Source: a virus. From it: a stretch of DNA of 64,000 nucleotides. The notes beneath the pieces were generated by a model, which made no database searches, had not been told where the DNA came from, and worked only from the letters and a program-made list of their open reading frames with translations. Positions 30,018 through 40,900 of the stretch are shown here, in pieces (the first letter of the stretch is position 1; each line of letters opens with the position of its first letter). The translations under genes were made by a program, and so were the position numbers. Location: IMG/VR virus record IMGVR_UViG_3300042691_038651, positions 36,843 through 100,842 of that record, one strand, 5' to 3'.

Positions 30018-30385
30018 TGAGTTCGGAGGATATCCTATATGCAGCCTGGCACCGAGGGATTCGGAACAGGGTGCTAGACAAGCTATCCGACTACAACCAC
30101 TTAAACGAAGAATCACACATTAAAATGGAAAAAGCATTCAAAGAAGTAATGGAAAAAGCTGTAACCGCTGGAGAAATTGAAACCCAGAAATGGGATTCCT
30201 CTATGCTAAACAGCACTACATACAATTTCACAGAAGAGATACTTACTGTGGAATTCAAAAATGGAACCGAGTACTCTTATCAAAACATTAACAAGGAGGA
30301 GTACCAAAAATTCTTGGACTCTGAGTCGAAAGGCAAACACTTTATCGCAGAGATCCGAGACAAAAAAGAATATAAGAGATTATGA
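30017..30385 (+). CDS. KTSC domain protein
   Basis: SSML...Y.....L.VEFKNG..Y.Y, SESKGKHF...IR. Confidence 0.8.
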   Translation: MSSEDILYAAWHRGIRNRVLDKLSDYNHLNEESHIKMEKAFKEVMEKAVTAGEIETQKWDSSMLNSTTYNFTEEILTVEFKNGTEYSYQNINKEEYQKFLDSESKGKHFIAEIRDKKEYKRL

Positions 30386-30639
30386 CAATCAGGAGGACTG
30401 AGGATCTTAAGGCGTACATTCAACAGAAGTACCCTCAATTGCATCCCAAGAAATTTGACATTGTAAAAATTGGAGTTCGCATCTATATGTATTATGTAGC
30501 GAATGATGGAACACTTCAAAGAAGCGTAGTTTTCAGAGGCTGTCTGCCAACTACCGAAGGAGTACCAAAACTGCGAGAAGTCTTGGAAAAAGGCATCGAC
30601 GAGTCAGTAAAAAAATGGCAGCCAAATGTTAATAACTAG
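30382..30639 (+). CDS. Hypothetical protein
   Basis: Coupled ORF whose stop lies inside a class 1 element. Confidence 0.6.
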   Translation: MTIRRTEDLKAYIQQKYPQLHPKKFDIVKIGVRIYMYYVANDGTLQRSVVFRGCLPTTEGVPKLREVLEKGIDESVKKWQPNVNN

Positions 30640-30687
30640 TTGACCCAGAATTTCATTAAGTGAATTCTATTGGTTAATTTTACAAAA
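30626..30687 (+). promoter_or_regulatory. Class 1 element, degenerate copy 3
   Basis: ATGTTAATAACT ... TTGGTTAATTTTAC with the same 51 nt spacing. Confidence 0.65.
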
Positions 30688-30700
30688 TATAAGGAATACT

Positions 30701-31810
30701 ATGGTACTAATTTTTGATGGCAACTACCTATTCTACAAGTCACTGTTCGTCTTCTCTTCATACGGAAGCAAGGACAAACTTTTGGAAGATGAAAAAGATC
30801 AAGCGATGTTTATTCGCAAAATTGCAACTGACATGTCGTATGCAATTCGACAATTCGGAAATCCCGACCATGTCATTTTTACAATCGACTCTCGCTCTTG
30901 GCGAAAGGATATTGAAATCCAGGATGGCTCCTACAAAGGCCACCGTGAAAAGGACGAAAGCAAAGTAAACTGGGACAACTTCTACAACTGTATGAATGAG
31001 TTCTCAAAAATCTTGCTGACTCGTGGATTTGTGGTATCTCGTCAGGAAAAAGCGGAAGGCGACGATCTCATGGCTCTCTGGGCCAAAGCACTGAATGAAA
31101 ATGGCATGGATACTGTAATCATTACCGGTGACAAGGATCTTACACAGGCTGTGGATATGACTGACAGTGGTAACTTCACAGTGGTCTACAACCCAAACAC
31201 CAAAACTCGTAAGATTGTTGCACCTAAAGGTTTCAACAAATGGATGACTGCTGAAGAGGCTGACATCTTCAACGTGGAAAGCTATATGAACCGTGGCAAG
31301 GACCTTATTCAAGATGCTCTTAACTCAATCGGCATTGAGGAAATTGATCCGTTCTATGTGGTATTTGAAAAGGTAATCATGGGAGATGCCGGGGATGCTG
31401 TACCGCCAATCTTTACATGGACCAAGGATGGTAAAACCTTCCGCATCACGCCTGCAAAATGCTTGCGCATCTGGGAGATACTCAACTCAGTAAAACCGGT
31501 TACCGACATCATGGAATTACCTGGCCGTGCTGCTGAAATCTCTGCTGCTATTTCGGCTGTGGTAAAACACAACCCGCCTACTGATTTGATCCGCCATAAC
31601 CTGGAACGCAATACACAATTGGTATTCCTTGATGAACGTATCATACCTGTTAGCATTCAGGAAGCTTTCAAACCAAACCTGGAAGCACTTCTTAAACGTA
31701 AGACTTTATCTGCTCGCACCTATGATATGCACAGCATACTCGACGGTTCGCGTTTCATCAGCGAAGGAAAAACCTTCGAGGCCGACATCTTCAGCGCATT
31801 CAAAAAATAA
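30701..31810 (+). CDS. 5'-3' exonuclease/RNase H (T4 rnh/FEN family)
   Basis: FDGNY, DSRSWRK, YKGHR, EGDD, TGDKDL.Q, GDAGD.VP. Confidence 0.9.
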   Translation: MVLIFDGNYLFYKSLFVFSSYGSKDKLLEDEKDQAMFIRKIATDMSYAIRQFGNPDHVIFTIDSRSWRKDIEIQDGSYKGHREKDESKVNWDNFYNCMNEFSKILLTRGFVVSRQEKAEGDDLMALWAKALNENGMDTVIITGDKDLTQAVDMTDSGNFTVVYNPNTKTRKIVAPKGFNKWMTAEEADIFNVESYMNRGKDLIQDALNSIGIEEIDPFYVVFEKVIMGDAGDAVPPIFTWTKDGKTFRITPAKCLRIWEILNSVKPVTDIMELPGRAAEISAAISAVVKHNPPTDLIRHNLERNTQLVFLDERIIPVSIQEAFKPNLEALLKRKTLSARTYDMHSILDGSRFISEGKTFEADIFSAFKK

Positions 31811-31820
31811 ACTCAACAAC

Positions 31821-32030
31821 ATGAACAAATTCAAAAAATTCGCTATTTACGCATGGGTCTTTTTACAGGTCCTTGTTATTGCCTACCTCTGGATTGTAAT
31901 GATCCTTTCAGCATTCTCACCTACGAAATCTCTTGGTGATTTCATCCACTGGGAATGGTGGGTTATGCTTTTCACTCTTGATTTGTGGACTGCCAAATTC
32001 TTCAAAGAACTTCCTAAAACTTCTGAATAA
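31821..32030 (+). CDS. Small membrane protein
   Basis: Two hydrophobic segments; ATG 31821. Confidence 0.6.
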   Translation: MNKFKKFAIYAWVFLQVLVIAYLWIVMILSAFSPTKSLGDFIHWEWWVMLFTLDLWTAKFFKELPKTSE

Positions 32031-32038
32031 AAGACTAT

Positions 32039-32452
32039 ATGGAACTATTCGACCTGCTCAATTCAATGTTCTCCAAGCGAGATGCTTTTGAGAAAACCTC
32101 TCTTCACGAGAGAGGCAGACACCACTTTATGATCAACCGATTTATGAGCATCAAATATCCGGTGCAGGCGCAGTTCCTCAATCACACAAAGATTCATCCT
32201 GGGAATGCTGTTACATATTGGGCTGAAACTATTGGCAAAATGTTTAACCGCACTCCAGGTTGGATGTTTGTAAAGACTCGAAAGGAAAAAGAAAAGAAGG
32301 CTGCAGCACAGCCAGTAAATGAAGCAACCATTCGATATTATTGTCAAAAAAATCATTGCTCACGCAGGGATGTTGACGATGCAATGAGACTTTTAGGCGA
32401 ACCTTTTATCCAGGAACTACAATTGCTTCAAAAATTGATTGAAAAAAATTAA
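32039..32452 (+). CDS. Clamp loader small subunit (gp62-like)
   Basis: LFD.LN, FMINRFMS, A..LN pattern. Confidence 0.6.
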   Translation: MELFDLLNSMFSKRDAFEKTSLHERGRHHFMINRFMSIKYPVQAQFLNHTKIHPGNAVTYWAETIGKMFNRTPGWMFVKTRKEKEKKAAAQPVNEATIRYYCQKNHCSRRDVDDAMRLLGEPFIQELQLLQKLIEKN

Positions 32453-32458
32453 AGCTCT

Positions 32459-33226
32459 ATGAAGATAGCTTTTGCTTTTTCAGGCCATCTGCGAGGAATG
32501 AATAATCTAGAAAAGGTTCATTCCTTAAGTAGACGAATAAAGGAACTTGGTGGAGATGTGTACGCAAGTTTTTGGGATGACACTCCAAATTTTGAAAAAG
32601 ACCTAAAGTTCTTCAAATCTACTTTTTCACCTCTTATGGTAGAGGTTGAAAACCACAAATCCTGGAAATCTTCTACTGCTAGAATCATATCTTCTGAATT
32701 GACAAATCCAGCAGGGCTTGATGGCCTTGAACCTAGATTAGCAAAAATACACATGGAAGCTCAAGTGTATTCACAGTGGTACAAGATTTGGAAAGCAAAT
32801 ATGCTAACAAAGGAATATGAAATTGATTACGATGTTGTAGTAAAGATTCGGTCAGACCATCCATTTGATACTAATCTGACTATTGAAAAAAATGACTACA
32901 TCAATCTGATACATGGAGCAATTTACATAGAAGGCTGGCCTGGTTGCATCGGACCAAGAGACCAATATGTATATGGGAATCCAGATATCATGGACTACTA
33001 CTCTTCCATTTTTCTTTATGCATCACGATATCTAAAAGAAGGCGTATACATCTTTCCCCCAGAAAATGTGTTACGTCACCATTTAGCAATCAGAGACATA
33101 CCTGTAAAAGCATGGCCAGATTCAAAGAACGATCAAATCCAGCCAGATGAAGCATACGTTATGAAAATTTCTGAGATGACTGATGTTGAGTATGATCCAC
33201 TCAAAAGATTTTATACAAATCCTTGA
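32459..33226 (+). CDS. Putative glycosyltransferase-like protein
   Basis: KIAFAFSGHLR, YDVVVKIRSD, D...YG...M..Y, PE..L. Confidence 0.45.
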   Translation: MKIAFAFSGHLRGMNNLEKVHSLSRRIKELGGDVYASFWDDTPNFEKDLKFFKSTFSPLMVEVENHKSWKSSTARIISSELTNPAGLDGLEPRLAKIHMEAQVYSQWYKIWKANMLTKEYEIDYDVVVKIRSDHPFDTNLTIEKNDYINLIHGAIYIEGWPGCIGPRDQYVYGNPDIMDYYSSIFLYASRYLKEGVYIFPPENVLRHHLAIRDIPVKAWPDSKNDQIQPDEAYVMKISEMTDVEYDPLKRFYTNP

Positions 33227-33246
33227 TCTAACGCTCTTGTTGCGAT

Positions 33247-33255
33247 GATATATAG
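33247..33255 (+). promoter_or_regulatory. Class 3 (late) promoter
   Basis: GATATATAG. Confidence 0.7.
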
Positions 33256-33289
33256 AATAGGCAAATTACGCCGAAAATAATATCAGTGA

Positions 33290-35362
33290 ATGACATTAGC
33301 TACATTAAGCCAACCAGGCGATTTTGCAAAGATTTCATATAACCATCCGTTAAAGTACATCACGGCTTTAACAGGGTACGTATACAATTCTTCCGGCGCA
33401 GGCACGGTAAAATTGGAGTTTCGTTGGTCAACCACCAACTTGATTAAAAATGCCTGGATGGAACTTAACAATTCTAACCTGGCTGGCGTTACAGAGTGTG
33501 GATCAAAATGGGATCCTAACGATGATCTGTGGATCGACTTCCGCATTACACTCATTTCAGGTGGACCTATTCAAATTCACGAGATTGCTGTAACATATAC
33601 GCAAGACCCTATTGCGCAAGATAAGTTCTTGGGTTTCAAGCCGGTTGCTACAGCTTGCCAGTGTGGCAACATTACATCTCTTACCAAAATTGAGAACTTC
33701 TCATTTCAACCGTACAAGGTAAACCCAGCGGTTGCTCTCTACTCCAGCTTAAGCTTTACCATCAATCAATTGTTCGGTCACAGCGTGGAATATGCAAGAG
33801 CAGTTCCTCTCATGAATGGAAGAGACGTTACGTTAAAGGAATGGACTCTATTTGATGTTGATGATCCATGCTGTATCAAGGTGTTAGTTCCTAACAATGA
33901 GTTTCCGGATAACAAAATCAATTTTGGTCCGATGGGACTTGATTTTGAAATGCCATTTGAAGTTCATATTGATAAAGCATATTTTGAAGACATTTTTGGA
34001 ATTGGTACTGCTCCGCAAAAAAGAGACATTGTGTACTTCCCACTGACGAACAGGATCTATGAAGTACAAAGCTCTTACCTGTACCGTGACTTTATGAATA
34101 AGCCGGTTTACTGGAAAGTCAACCTTGCCAAGTATGCTCCAAAATCCAATAGAACTGAGACCAAAGATCACCGAGAATTTTTGGATTCAATTTCAAGAGA
34201 TACTGAAGAATTGTTCGGCGCAACACTAGAAGCGGATGCTTTAGAAAAGACTAAGCCGCAACAGTATGATCCTAAAATTGGATCGTCGGCATATGACCCC
34301 ACAAGACTCTATATTGCTGAAGAACTTCTGATACTTTCTGAAGACTTCAAAAACTACTATACGCTAATTTCAAATTCCCAATACGATCTTGGTTCCTCTG
34401 TTGGAGCCACGTTGGATCCAAACTATAACGTGTATGTAAATAACTCGTATGCACCGTTTTACTGGACTGGCGGACCGGAAGAAAGAAATCAGGTGGTGTA
34501 CCGTTCTACGGTTGACTTTGGCTTAACAGATAACCGAGCATTTACTGCATGGTTCAAAGACATCAATCCAAAAGTTATGCCGCCAAGAGATCAAGTGGTG
34601 GGTAACTTCACAGTGATATCGATTACGCCATCTCACACATTAGTACAATTTAGTATATCGGCAACCCGCAACTACATTGCTCCAGATATTATTAAGTTCT
34701 CTCGGCCAAATGGTATCGTATTCTATGGAGAATATGATTCTTCACCGGCACCCGGAATACACCGTGTAAAAGTACCAAAAGCAGTTTACGACTTCTTACA
34801 GGCTCAGCATTCAGGCTGGGCAACTATGGGTAACTTCTACTCTGAGCTGTCTTTTGAGAAAGAAATCTTCTATGGTTATGATATTGATAATCTTAAAGGT
34901 TGGAAGCTTTCTCTATTTGTAGGCAGGTATATGAAGCTCAAGCTTAATGATAAGGAGAGATATTTTGTATTGCCTATCAACCTTACGCAATATCAGTGGT
35001 ACGCGATATTCCTAAACATTTCAAATGAGTGTGGACAAATTGCTCTAAACGTATGGACGCGCAAGTGGAACCCTAACGATCCGACGCCTCAAAACACTAC
35101 CGATTTAGAAAATATATATGCAAATGCAGTTAGTTGGTCTGCTGAAAGTCTAACAGTAACAGATGCAACATGGAAAAACTATCGACTATTGAGTACGCCT
35201 TTGATTGTGACCAATATCAGACTGTTTGATTCGGTGGAAAATGACACGGATAAGCAACAAACAATTTTGAACCAAAACATTGTAGAAGATTCGCAATTAG
35301 CCATCATTATAGATAACGCGCTTCCAAGATTAAGATTGCCTTGGATAGCAAAAACAAAGTAA
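33290..35362 (+). CDS. Neck protein (gp14-like) with C-terminal LamG-like domain
   Basis: HIDK..FE..FG...PQKRDIVYFPLTNRIYEV resembles the gp14 core. Confidence 0.6.
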   Translation: MTLATLSQPGDFAKISYNHPLKYITALTGYVYNSSGAGTVKLEFRWSTTNLIKNAWMELNNSNLAGVTECGSKWDPNDDLWIDFRITLISGGPIQIHEIAVTYTQDPIAQDKFLGFKPVATACQCGNITSLTKIENFSFQPYKVNPAVALYSSLSFTINQLFGHSVEYARAVPLMNGRDVTLKEWTLFDVDDPCCIKVLVPNNEFPDNKINFGPMGLDFEMPFEVHIDKAYFEDIFGIGTAPQKRDIVYFPLTNRIYEVQSSYLYRDFMNKPVYWKVNLAKYAPKSNRTETKDHREFLDSISRDTEELFGATLEADALEKTKPQQYDPKIGSSAYDPTRLYIAEELLILSEDFKNYYTLISNSQYDLGSSVGATLDPNYNVYVNNSYAPFYWTGGPEERNQVVYRSTVDFGLTDNRAFTAWFKDINPKVMPPRDQVVGNFTVISITPSHTLVQFSISATRNYIAPDIIKFSRPNGIVFYGEYDSSPAPGIHRVKVPKAVYDFLQAQHSGWATMGNFYSELSFEKEIFYGYDIDNLKGWKLSLFVGRYMKLKLNDKERYFVLPINLTQYQWYAIFLNISNECGQIALNVWTRKWNPNDPTPQNTTDLENIYANAVSWSAESLTVTDATWKNYRLLSTPLIVTNIRLFDSVENDTDKQQTILNQNIVEDSQLAIIIDNALPRLRLPWIAKTK

Positions 35363-35363
35363 T

Positions 35364-36044
35364 ATGCCAAGAAAAATTGACCCAGAAAAGAAAGAGCAAA
35401 TGCTTCTCCGTGATGAACTGGAAAAACTCATCAGCGAAGACAGCCAAGTTATACAGGCTCTTACCGCGCAGGCAAGTAGTATCTTGCCCAGCCGACCTAT
35501 TTCACCGCTCGACTACAACAATGTAAAGATTGAATGTGAAGACGCTGCCGACGAGATTGTAAACTCGGTAGCATCATTTTATTTAGAGGAGCGAATCATC
35601 GAAAACACACCGTACGTAAAGCAAAAAACAGCGGTAGACCACATTACAGTATCAAATCTGCTTTTTCAAATGAAGACAGCAGAACATGCCATCATCAAAC
35701 TATTGGAAGAGATTGATGGCGGTAACTTACATCCAAGAACTTTTGAGGTTCTTTCTTCATTACAGAGATCAAAAATGGAAATTGTGAAACACCTTGCACA
35801 GTTTATGATCATCATGGAGAACAACTACAAGAATTTGAAAATTGACTACGACACCAAGGCTTCAACTACACAGGACGCAGACTCAGAAGAGGTATCAAAC
35901 CCAATGCAGACTCGCGGAACTCGTGGAATGTTAGAGGCACTGAGAGAAGCCGTTCCTGAGAGAAGAGCAACTGGAAGAATGGAGAAGATGGATGACTTAA
36001 ACATAGAAGACGCATATGGCGAAGGGGAAGGTTTGGACCACTAA
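35364..36044 (+). CDS. Terminase small subunit (putative)
   Basis: Helical; HPRTFEVL like gp16 PR.FEV; overlaps terL. Confidence 0.6.
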   Translation: MPRKIDPEKKEQMLLRDELEKLISEDSQVIQALTAQASSILPSRPISPLDYNNVKIECEDAADEIVNSVASFYLEERIIENTPYVKQKTAVDHITVSNLLFQMKTAEHAIIKLLEEIDGGNLHPRTFEVLSSLQRSKMEIVKHLAQFMIIMENNYKNLKIDYDTKASTTQDADSEEVSNPMQTRGTRGMLEALREAVPERRATGRMEKMDDLNIEDAYGEGEGLDH

Positions 36045-37914
36045 GAAGATTAACGAGGAATTTAAGAAGATGGAGCAGGGTTTGCCTGCTGATACTTCTG
36101 GATTCTTTGAAGGTAACCCGCAATACAAGGCTGCCAACATTGTATTTGAATATACAAAGGAAGAGCTGGCTGACCTGGCTCGCTGTGCAGATGATGTTGT
36201 ATATTTTGCCAACAAGTTTTGTTACTCAATGACGGATGAAGGGGTACAACAAATTACGCTTCGTCCATATCAGGAAGATATGCTGGAAGGGTTTCAGGAC
36301 AATCGATTTGTAGTGATGCTTGCATCTCGTCAGATTGGTAAAACTGTTACATCCTCAATCTTTATTGCATGGTACCTGTGTTTCCACTTTGATCGTAACG
36401 TTATGATTGTAGCGAACAAAATGGCAACAACTACCGAGATTGTTGACAAGGTAAAAACTATCATCAAAAACTTACCGTTCTTTGTAAAACCAGGCTGTAC
36501 ATCGGCTGGAGCCACTGGTATGAGATTTGATAACGGATGCCGACTCTACTCACAAGCAACTACCAAGACAGCTGCGATTGGATTTACCATTCACTTGTTA
36601 TACGCGGATGAGTTTGCACACATTCACCCTAACTTCTTACAGCAATTCTATCGATCAATCTATCCGACGCTGTCATCATCAAAGATTTCACGGATCATCA
36701 TATCTTCGACGCCAAATGGTATGAACCTGTTTTATGAGCTCTACTCAGGCGCGCTTGAGGGCAAAAACTCATATCACCCAATTAGAGTGGACTGGTGGCA
36801 AGTACCTGGCAGAGATGAAAAATGGAAGGCTCAAGAGATTGCCAACCTTGGATCCGAAGAATTGTTCAACCAGGAATATGGTAACCAATTCTTGGCTTCT
36901 TCTCGTCTTTTACTTCCAGGAACGGTGTTGGAATTTTTGCATCGGGTTTCCAAGAAGTACGTATACAAAGATCACGAAGCATTCTACGCAGATCCCGAGC
37001 TTTTCAAAGATATGACCTGGCATCCAGACTTCGATCCCGCCTCTATTGATAAAGGAGAAAAGTTTGTGATTGCTGTAGACATTGGAGATGGCGTGGGACG
37101 GGACTTTAGTATTCTGAATGTATTCCATCTTGAGCCGCAATCCAGAGCAATGATACGCAAGATCAAGGACTGGCGAGATGAGACCGGTTTCTTCCGACTA
37201 AAGCAGGTTGGACTATTTAGGTCTAATGTGGTATCGGTGGAAGACCTATCAAGAGTTTTAGAGGCTTTAATGTTTGAGGTGTTTGACTCAGAGGACGTAA
37301 AGACTGTGATGGAAATTAACTTCAAAGGAAACCTAGTATTTGAGCGAGTGGGGAGAAACAAAAACTTTTTCCCAGAAACTTTTTTACATACCAAGCATAG
37401 CATGAGCGCACCAGTACTTAAGCCAGGTGTAAAAATGCAAAAGGACAACAAAGAGATTTACTGCAGAGAACTGAGAAATTTGGCGATTGCCAAGAAAGTT
37501 CTTATCACGGAAGAGAGAACTGTAATTGAGTTGGCATCGTTTGGTATCAACTCAGCGGGTAGCTACTCTTCACAGATAGGAAACGATGACGTGGCAATGT
37601 CATGCGTTAACCTGGTAAGTTATTTTGACACAACCGACTTCTACGATATGGTAGAGGATATGTACGATAGCACTGATGAAGCTGTTAAAAATGAGATACA
37701 GGCAGCCATTGAAAAAGGCGGAGGAGCCGAGGAAATGCCGGAAGGATTCCAACTTCTCAAAGACTTGGATCCAATGATGGCCGACAATATCAGAGATATG
37801 CAAAGACAAATTCAAGGAAGCCGAGTACAACTCAGCAAAAGCGGCGGCGGAAGAACTGGTGCCGGTGGCGGAGGAATGTCCGGTGGATTTGGAGGAAGCT
37901 TTGGTAGATTTTGA
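36016..37914 (+). CDS. terL: Terminase large subunit (gp17-like)
   Basis: LRPYQ, SRQIGKT, YADEFAH, SSTPNG, VDIGDG.G.D, NDDV.M. Confidence 0.95.
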   Translation: MAKGKVWTTKKINEEFKKMEQGLPADTSGFFEGNPQYKAANIVFEYTKEELADLARCADDVVYFANKFCYSMTDEGVQQITLRPYQEDMLEGFQDNRFVVMLASRQIGKTVTSSIFIAWYLCFHFDRNVMIVANKMATTTEIVDKVKTIIKNLPFFVKPGCTSAGATGMRFDNGCRLYSQATTKTAAIGFTIHLLYADEFAHIHPNFLQQFYRSIYPTLSSSKISRIIISSTPNGMNLFYELYSGALEGKNSYHPIRVDWWQVPGRDEKWKAQEIANLGSEELFNQEYGNQFLASSRLLLPGTVLEFLHRVSKKYVYKDHEAFYADPELFKDMTWHPDFDPASIDKGEKFVIAVDIGDGVGRDFSILNVFHLEPQSRAMIRKIKDWRDETGFFRLKQVGLFRSNVVSVEDLSRVLEALMFEVFDSEDVKTVMEINFKGNLVFERVGRNKNFFPETFLHTKHSMSAPVLKPGVKMQKDNKEIYCRELRNLAIAKKVLITEERTVIELASFGINSAGSYSSQIGNDDVAMSCVNLVSYFDTTDFYDMVEDMYDSTDEAVKNEIQAAIEKGGGAEEMPEGFQLLKDLDPMMADNIRDMQRQIQGSRVQLSKSGGGRTGAGGGGMSGGFGGSFGRF

Positions 37915-37926
37915 TAAAGGTTCGGT

Positions 37927-37935
37927 GATATATAG
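37927..37935 (+). promoter_or_regulatory. Class 3 (late) promoter
   Basis: GATATATAG. Confidence 0.7.
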
Positions 37936-37969
37936 TACAGAATAATCATAAAAATAAGAGACATACAGA

Positions 37970-40900
37970 ATGGCTAAAATCACTCTCGACCTGAATACTT
38001 TCAAGGCATCTGGTGTATACACCATCGAATTTGATGCTTCCGAGAGAATTGTCGTAACTACCCAAACTATTCGTTTGGTGGTAGGTTTCTCTCGCATCGG
38101 TCCTATCAACGCACCGGTGTTTTTAAGAGACGTAAACACCTGCCGTCGAATCTTTGGTGAAATCGACACCTACTTGGAAAAGCGTGGATCTTTCTTCCAC
38201 CGTGCTTTGGAAACCTGCTTATCAGTAGGTCCGGTATTTGCATTAAACCTAATGCCGCTTAAAAGCACTCCGATCAATGAAGGTGGCGACGCAACCAACT
38301 ACCGCAGCTTTGCACTTGCGGCTGATGAGGAGAACGGCCCAGTTACACGAGCACTAGTAACATCTTTCTACAACAAAGAGCGTTTCTGGTTCCCTGATAC
38401 TGAGTACGTAATTGCTACTCAAAACAGCAAACCAATCAACCGCGACTACCTATTCACAGTGGTAAACCTTTCACAGGCTCCTCTGTCAGTAATTGCTCGC
38501 AAATCAGTAAATGCTCGTCAGTACGAAGTATCTGCTAAAGATTACTATGGTCTTGGCAATGTTCCTGAGTTCATGAACGACAATGACTTCTTGTCTGACT
38601 TCTTCCTTGACCTTATCGTGGTTGAAGGAGATTGGACTAATCTGGCTGTTCTGTCTCAAGACCCTACATTCTCAAAGTACTTCGACGCTCGCGGTATTCG
38701 CGCTGACAAAATCGACGCTTTCCTTTCACTGGATGAAATCACCCTTATCGGTGCATTCACTGGTACAATCATTCCTGACTTCGTAGACAACAACGGTTCT
38801 AACCAAAACTTGGAAAACATCGTTAATGCTGCAGTTGGTTTGACTGGAATCTTCATTGCTATTAACAATGATAAGATTGAGGACTATGCTAATAGCGTTC
38901 ACAAGATTGACACTATCGGTAATACCTTGATTGGAACTACTGATGATACAATCGACTTCCTTTCTTACAATACACCTATCAAGAACATTCTTGAATATAC
39001 AGGAGAAACTGACCTAAACACTGGTTCTGCAGACTTAACAGTCTACACTAACATGATAGCGTCAACTTCTGATATCTATGTTAAGTCATATCCTTTTGGT
39101 GGAAGAAGCGGTAAATTCAACAACGTGTTGGTTATCCCTAAACCACAACCAGGAGATGTTAACTTTTTGCCTACTGAGTATCAACAAATCTTGGATAGTG
39201 CAACTGTCGATACCTTGTTGAAAACTTACGGTACAAACACATTCCTTACTGAACAACCTAACGACTTTGTTAAAGTTGAGAACGTAATTGATACTGGAAC
39301 TGAACTTCAAATCCAGTTAAGTTCTCCTCTCAACGCGGTGAACGGCTACTTCAATACTGTGGTTGGTACAGGTGTTGCTTCTGCAATTCCTACCGTGGCA
39401 AACACCTTCCCTATCACAATCGCAACAGGCATTGTGGATGACGCGGGTAACCCGGTGGTTCCTGCCGCTCCGGCTGCGGGTGTTAGCGTAGACTTCGTAT
39501 TGATCGAAGCTCCTGGGTACGCAAAATACTTCCGTGTTTTGAGTACTACTGCTACTACAATCGTGGTATACGGCGGTGGTACTGCTGTGGCTGGTATTGA
39601 TAACGCAGCGCCTTACAACTTCAGCGCATGGGGTGATCTAAACGGATTTACCGCTGCTGATTTTGCTGCATACGTTCAGCCATCTGACATTAAGATAACT
39701 CTATTCAAAGGAGACCTTAATACCGCTACAGCACAGGCTAACTACTTGGTGCCAAACCTTGGTGTTACTCTTCCTGCCAACACATTCGGGGATTCAATGA
39801 CATTTGCATTCGATCCTACTGTAACTGTTCAAAGCTTGGAAGGCATTGGAAATACATTTGCCGATACTGCATTGGCAACCACAACAGCTCCTGATTCTGT
39901 AGAGGTAACAATTTATGATGTAACCGCAGGTGCTCTTTTACCAGGTAGCTATTGGATTGGTTCTTCAACCCCTGCAACTGCTATTTCTTATGGTGGTGTT
40001 GCCGGTGCAAGAAACGCTACAGTTTCCTTCGCATACGACAACGCAGGTTCTCTTGACCCAGTTGCTTCTCTTGTTGCAACTCAAACATACAACATTACAT
40101 TAGTACAATCTGGTGTAACCTTTACCGGTGTTGCTTCTTCAGCGGCTGCAATCATTTCTATCGACATTTTAGAACTTGCATACATTGAGGCTTACCCTGG
40201 TAGCAAAATTTCTCAAAATGTTGCAAACGGTCTACTTGTAAGCGGCGACCAGGTTAAATATGCAACCGGTGCTTCTCAGTACAGTTACCTTGGCGTAATT
40301 AAAGAATACAGCAAAGCTGCAACAACTGGTACCGTAAGCGCATACTCACAAGTAGCATACGGTCTAAAAGGTGCTAAGATTTCTGAATTTACAACAGCTT
40401 CTCTTGATACCCGAGTTAGTTCAACGTTCGCAAGTGTTAACCAAACATACATTGATACTACTGTTTACAACCCTTCTGCTACAACTAACGACGTAGCGGT
40501 TTACTCTTCTTTGGCTAAGAATTTGGCTTCTAACATTGCAATCGTTGGAACACTGTTCGGCGGCGGTAAGAAGTTTGAACTATCTAATGCAAATGCTGCT
40601 AACCTAAATGTTGGCGACCTTGTAGTAGACAACAGTCCTACACCAAAGTTAACACGAGTGGTTAACAAGGTGAAGAAAGTAAATGCTTCAACTGGAGTGG
40701 TTACTTACGAGTACACTGTACTTGATGTACCGGCTGTAAACACAGTAACAAACACAATTACTAAATACACGCCAATCCAAAACTTCTGTGATCGTCTGCA
40801 ATTTACATTGCTTAACGGTTATGTACTTGGTGATTACCACTTACCTAACAACACAGATGCTCAGATTAGCAAAATCTATGGTGTAATTGAGAATACTAAC

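Noticed and set aside
3-37914. Inteins or group I introns in nrdA, helicase, uvsX or terL
   Set aside because: Lengths and motif spacing are normal, with no splice motifs or homing endonuclease ORFs seen
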